Assembly: GCA_964187785.1 (NCBI GenBank)
Contig: OZ076409.1
Location: 12,710,001-12,774,000, forward strand
From: Amphiscolops sp. MND2022
Lineage: Eukaryota
Reading direction: 5' to 3'
DNA: 64,000 nucleotides
In this document: positions 58,357 to 64,000 of the stretch, piece after piece
How positions within the stretch are numbered: the stretch's first letter is position 1
Layout: each line of letters opens with the position of its first letter
Notes under the pieces: generated by a model
The model's database searches: none
The model's input: only the letters and a program-made list of their open reading frames with translations
Told to the model about the DNA's origin: nothing
Position numbers and translations under genes: made by a program

Positions 58357-58886
58357 GCCCCTGCGGGGCACAGTATATTTCTGCTTTTAGGCTTTCATGT
58401 TCAATAATAGAAGCATATCTTAATAATTCAAATAGCGCAAAATTTATCACTCTACCAGTTTACACCGCCTTTAATTCTTCTCGGACTAAAGAAAATATAA
58501 CTACTAAAGCGTAGACGAAGTTTCGCATTCGGATTTGAACATGGCGAACGAATAATTAACACTCGTTCGCTTTAGCTCAATAACTCGGCGTACGAATGCA
58601 TTGTTACCACTCGCTCGTTCCATCCCACGAGAAACGAATTGTTGTTGGGAGCTTGAGAAATTTAAATCTCACGCTTATACTCACTGTCGAACAAATTGTG
58701 TACATTTCTCAGTAGGTACTCGAAATCACGACGAAAATTGAATTGAAAAAAGTTGAATTGTTGAGATTTTAACATTATTCCTGAATATCTGAATTTTTCA
58801 GTAGGTACTCGGAATCAAGACGAAAATTGAGCTGAAAAAAAGTTACATAATTCAGATTTCTAAATTATTCCTGCTATCGCAGAAAT
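58357..58886 (-). mobile_element. Family H2 full copy
   Basis: GCCCC-TGC-GGGGC hairpin, TATTTCTGC ... GCAGAAAT. Confidence 0.8.
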
Positions 58887-59640
58887 GATAATAGAAATGT
58901 TATAACTTTATACTTAAAAGATAGGACTTCATCTATAGAATTCAATGACAAGAAAAAAGGTTTGTATTGTAGTACATGTATTCGAAGAGATTTGAACTTT
59001 TCCAGAAGTGCCTAGGATTTTTTTAATTTCAAGAAACCTGAGATTTACAAGTTGCATGTTTTGAACAATTTTTTCAATGTTTGTTGCCAAGATAGTCCAG
59101 GGCAGAGAATATACCGGTGCCTAATTGGCACCATGCATCTAATTTGTAACTGAGGGCTAAAGCCGAATACTAAGTATCAAAAAACCGAACAATTGACCTC
59201 AATTGAACCCGTTTTCGGAACAACACACGGAGTTAATTGGTCGCTAGAGGCCGCTACTAGTACATGAAGCTTGCGAAAAAGTCGATAACATGGTAAAATT
59301 ACTAAAAATCAGCAACAGGAAAAGCAATTTGCACAAGCATCTCAAGTTTTGATTGATACCGGAAGGGTACTTTTGGAAAAGAAGGATTCAACTTAACATA
59401 TACATAAGGGCCAAACAAACTACTTCACATTCTATTCATTCACGACAATTGGCTGTTTCAAAAGCTCATTGGCGATAATTCTTTCCTCTCACGTTGCACG
59501 ATAGAGAGCGAAGAACTTCTTCACAACTAACGAAACAGCTAATATTCAAAAATCACCTCTCTAGAGATAAAATTATGAACGTGAAACCAATCAAAGCTAC
59601 CGAAAACACGCAAAAACTATCTGAACCAATTACTATTTCT

Positions 59641-60311
59641 AACAAGCCGAGAACGGCATAAGTCGGCGCTCCGCTGAGAGGCTCAAAAACGGAAAAACAG
59701 CAGAGGTACTTCAAAGCGCAAGGAATCTTCTTTGAAAAAATCTCATTCATAGTGCCGAAAACACCAAACGGAGAGACCTTTTGGGCTCAAAACTGCTTGT
59801 TTTGCTTTTTCTATTACCAGAAATACAAAATCAAAGCTTTTCGTATTTTTTATCGCCCGAATTATCAAAGAACCAAAGCGAGAACATTTTTGTGAAATGA
59901 AAATTTTCCCACAGCAGTGCCGAAAAAAAAACTCAAAGGGCTTTGGTCTTTAAAATAATTTCCTATCCAAAAAACATCAATGGAAAATCAAAGGGGGACA
60001 ATTTTGACAAAAAAAAACGAAAAAAAGTACACAGTGCCGAAAAACCCCAAAGAGGTCCTTTTGAAAAATTTCAAAACCATTATTTCAAATCTCACAGAAC
60101 CGAAAAAAAATCAAATTCCTTTTAATCCGAATAAGTATGTGAAAATACGAATATGGAGACTACCCTACCGACCAATTTGCTAATTTGTAGAATTTTGGAA
60201 ATTGGCCATTTGGACACCGGGCACGAAATGATCACGTCGAGCGGATCGAAAAAAACTACGACGAGAAGTCACTATAATAGTCCCGTTTGGAATCATAAAA
60301 CGCCTACTAAA
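59641..60311 (-). mobile_element. Family H3 copy
   Basis: GCCG-AGAA-CGGC hairpin plus AGTCGGCGCT head; CGCCTACTAAAAA end. Confidence 0.7.
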
Positions 60312-61218
60312 AATGGGGAAAACAAGCGTTTCCGAACTTCACATTTTCGAAAAAAATCTGCACAAAACAAAGGTTCAGAATTGGAGTCAGCATAAATGGA
60401 AGAGCCTTTTGAAAGATCCAAAAAGAATAGTGGGTTAATTCTGCACAAAATTCACTTCCTCGATGTCAGTTGCCGTGACATGACAGCTTCAAGAAATTTG
60501 GAAATACTATTATACTTTCAATTAGCTCTCAGGAAACTGATGAAGCCTAAGCAGTGACAGTTACGAGCTAGGAAATACTAGTTGCTCATTGACGATGGCA
60601 ATGAGGCCAAATGAAATTTCAATCTTCCAGAACCGGGAAACTTCAATTTTAATGACAACTCCACCAAATTGGGTTTCCAGTTGCAAATTTGGGAATTACA
60701 AGGCCACGAGTGGCCTTTTACAAAACTGGCTCTCAATTTCTGAACACGAGGAACTTCCATTTTTGATGAAGATTGCCGACTACCTATCATTACTGCCCAT
60801 ATTTCACGTTTTTTTGCTAATTTTGCCATCTTAATTCATACTTCAAAAGAGCGCCTGTTCCGAAAAACTTTACAATGGAAAAATCACTTCGTGGCATATA
60901 TTATTTTCCACCCATGAATCCATGTGGAAAAGGAAAATTACGAACCGCATTTTTTCAAAAATTGTTATGTTCCAATTTAATCATATGAATTGAAGGGGTT
61001 GACCCATAAAATACAACTGACATGAACTTAGTTTCGTGCGATATGCTTTTGTACAAATTTTTGGACTTCTTGGTTATTCAGGGCGCTTTTTCGTACGAAT
61101 ACTGGAAATGTTTTGCTCAAAAAATGTCTTAAAATCATCCCAAAAAAGTTTCAATTCTGCTATTCCGTACGCCGTTACGATGTGTTCTTTTCGAAGAAAA
61201 TGCCTCAAATTTACCACA

Positions 61219-61522
61219 AACAAGACCGGAACGTGTAAAGTCGGCGCTATATCTAGGGCTCAAAAAGCGCAAAGTTTTTAAAAATGTAAAAGGAGGGACC
61301 CTTCGGGCGTTTTGAAAATCCAGTTTGTTGCAAAATATCAAAAAATTGAAGGGACCCTTAGGACAAAGCAAGGACTCGAACCCGTGACCGCTGGGTTCAC
61401 CGTAAACCAAGTAAAGTATGTACGAAAAAGTGGTACATCACGATGAGGTCTGTGGTCTGATGAAAAAAAAACTAGCCACTGTAATAGACATGCTCTTTTC
61501 ACTAGAAAAGCGCCGACTAAAA
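61219..61522 (-). mobile_element. Short family H3 copy with tRNA 3'-half-like insert (61362-61410, minus)
   Basis: Head AAGTCGGCGCTATATC, end AAAAGCGCCGACTAAAA; GGTCACGGGTTCGAGTCC B box on minus. Confidence 0.72.
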
Positions 61523-61863
61523 ACATACCCGAAAGTATCTGAAGTATTCGAAATATGGACTTTCTAACTTTTCGGACGCTTCGAGGGATTGAAACACCCA
61601 CAGATTTCAAAGACGAAGCAGTTATCTGGTACTCTTTTACGACAAGGAATTGAAAAGCCTCGGAATGACACCAACAAAATCCTATTTTTAACCATTAAGT
61701 CGCATTTTCAATCAGTTTTGAAAATTTTCAAGGGTTAGAATACCCAGAACTCCACGTCGACACAATACGTTATCCAACATGTTTTAAGATTTGCACATTT
61801 GCCCCCCCCCCCCCCCCCCCGAAAAAAATTCCAAAATCAATGAGTTTGAACATCTACAGATTT

Positions 61864-62341
61864 AAACAAGACGGGAACGTCTAAAGTCGGCGCTATATCT
61901 AAGGCTCAAGAAGCGCAAAGCATTTTTGAACATTTTTTCTTTCAGAAATAGTGGCATAGTGCCGAAAAATGTAAAAGGGGGACCCTTTGGGCTTCATCAA
62001 CATATATTCTGTTGCAAAATATCAAAAAACTCGAAAGGGGGACTCTTTTGATACATTAAAAAATTTTTGAAAAAAAGTCGCACAATGCCGAAAAAAATTG
62101 AAAGGGGGGACCCTTTAGTCTCGTCCGGTTTTGTAGGCTACGGTAAAATAGTAAAATATGAAAGGGGGGACCCTTTTGCACTAATTTCCGCTGACCGGAC
62201 TCGGCCTTAAGCTAGTAGTTTTAGTAGTTTCGATTGTAAGAAAAGTGGCCCAATCAGAGTGAGATTGTAGTCTGACGAAAAAAAAGAAAAAAAACTAGCC
62301 ACTGTAAGTGTCGGGCACTTTTCACTAGAAAAGCGCCGACA
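61864..62341 (-). mobile_element. Family H3 full copy
   Basis: AGACG-GGAA-CGTCT hairpin, AGTCGGCGCT ... AGCGCCGAC. Confidence 0.82.
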
Positions 62342-62384
62342 ATAACATAACATTCATTGATTAGAAGACCTTTAAAAGAAAATT

Positions 62385-62877
62385 GGCCCCTTCGGGGCAC
62401 ACTGTTATTTCTGCTTTAATCTATCATTAATAATAGAATCATATCTGGAATACCAATTCACGCCTGTTTATCACTATTTAGTGCACAATTAAACACTGTG
62501 ACAGTTTATACCGCCTTTAAATCTCGGACTAAAGCAAATATAACAACTACGTAGACGAAGTTTCGCACTCGCATTTGAATTCAGGCGAAGGAATAATTAA
62601 CACTCATTCTCTTCATCTCAATAACTCGGCGTACGAAAGCATAATTGCGAACATTCGCTCGTTTCATCTCAATGATGTCAGCGTACGAATGCATACTTAC
62701 CACTCGCTCGTTCCATCGCACGAGAATTGAATTGTCGTCGGCACCTTGAGAAATTTAATTCTCACGCTTATAGTTACTGCCGAACAAAATATCTGAATTT
62801 TTCAGTATCACGACAAAAATTGTAGTAAAAAATAGAATTCTTGAGATTTCAGTAACATTCCTGCTATCGCAGAAATA
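62385..62877 (-). mobile_element. Family H2 full copy
   Basis: GCCCC-TTC-GGGGC hairpin, TATTTCTGC ... GCAGAAATA. Confidence 0.8.
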
Positions 62878-63069
62878 ATAAAAACCGTTTATTATCCAAA
62901 AAAGCCTTTTTGTGCAAAAGAAAAGCATGAAATGCTTTTTTTTTCAAATTGACACTTCGATGCAAATTTTCTCCAACTTCTGGATATTTCCGTGAGGTAT
63001 TACTACACGCAGGATTCAGGAAAGTAATGAGTATCTATGTAGCATACTCTCCAGGATAGAAACTAAAAT

Positions 63070-64000
63070 AACAAGACAGGAACGTCTAAAGTCGGCGCTA
63101 TATCTAAGGCTCAAAAAACGCAAAACATTTTTTTGGAAAAAAACTTGAAATTTTCGAAAAATTTTCTCTTTCGGAAAATGTCGCACAGTGCCAAAAATGT
63201 AAAAGAGGGGACCCTTTTTGATTCCCAAACATGCATTCTGTTGCAAAACAACAAAAAATTCAAGGGAGGGACCCTTTGGGGACATTAAAAAACTTTCGAA
63301 AAAAAGTCGCACAGTGCCGAAAAAAAATCAAAGGGGGGGACCATTAGCCTCGGCCGGTTTTGTAGGTTACATTGAAAAAAAAATGAAAAGGGGGACCCTT
63401 TGGAGACAAAAAACTTTTCGAAAAAAAGCACAGTTCCGAAAAAAGAATCGAAAAGGGGGGACTCTTTAGTCCCGTCCGGTTTTGTAGGTTACCTTGAAAA
63501 AGTAAAAACTGAAAGGGGGACCCTTTGCACTAAGTTTGCCTTGGCCCCTTTGCCCGATTGGGCGCCTTAGGTGGTTTCAGGATTGTTTCTAAAAAGTGGA
63601 CCGATCAGTGTGAGGATTGTAGTCTGAAGAAACAAGACGAGAACGTCTAAAGTCGGCGCCATATCTAAGGCTCAAAAAGCGTAAAACACTTTTTTTGGAA
63701 AAAAATTGAAATTTTTGAAAAATTTTTTCTTTCAAAAGAAGTCGCATAGTGCCGAAAAATGTAAAAGGGGGGACCCTTCTAGATTTATTAACAAACATTC
63801 CGTTGCAAAATATCAAAAAACTCAAAGGGGGGACCCTTTGGGGACATTAAAAAATTTTCGAAAAAAAGTCGCACAGTGCCGAAAAAAATCCAAAGGGGGG
63901 ACCCTTTGGGCACGTCCGGTTTTGTATGTTTCCTTGAAAAAGTAAAAAATGAAAGGGGGGACCCTTTGGAGTAAAGTTTGCCTTGGGCGGACTTGGCCTC
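63070..64000 (-). mobile_element. Two head-to-tail family H3 copies (63070-63630; 63631 to window end)
   Basis: Two AACAAGAC.GGAACGTCTAAAGTCGGCGC-type heads; the second directly abuts the truncated first. Confidence 0.8.

Noticed and set aside
61802-61820. Poly-C run
   Set aside because: Simple homopolymer with no supporting context.
63016-63945. Lys/Phe-rich ORFs (also 34684-34896, 39400-39701, 48269-48463, 61036-61610)
   Set aside because: Chance frames in H3 repeats.

Overview
AT-rich, intron-containing eukaryotic (animal-like) genomic window; the species cannot be determined from the sequence. Three host genes lie on the minus strand: a Rhes/RASD/DIRAS-like small GTPase (5 coding exons, 38785-48789, ending in CAAX 'CKIM'), HAUS6 (exons at 38.2-37.6 kb, 35.6 kb and 7.2 kb) and ALG9 (one ~1.5-kb exon). 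The most striking feature is a ~28.3-kb HAUS6 intron holding a modular tandem array derived from a CACTA/EnSpm (CMC)-type DNA transposon. Its transposase appears N-terminally fused to a Suv4-20/KMT5B-like SET domain, and it carries a second, spliced ORF with a Tudor-like N-terminus and a C-terminal BEN domain. The array order is 2 x 2.2 kb (Tudor-like/BEN), 2 x 1.71 kb (SET::BEN chimeras) and 2 x ~4.85 kb (SET-transposase). The modules are joined by one shared ~400-bp spacer, and the array is flanked on both sides by a ~172-bp satellite and TCTTG-rich tracts. All transposase and BEN copies carry frameshifts or stops, and the last copy abuts a 200-N gap. The rest of the window is dominated by three non-autonomous repeat families with Helentron/HINE (DINE-1-like) architecture, some carrying tRNA-like Pol III boxes, plus pogo, hAT and EnSpm-type MITE remnants. 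All protein family calls rest on motifs recalled from memory; no database search was run.
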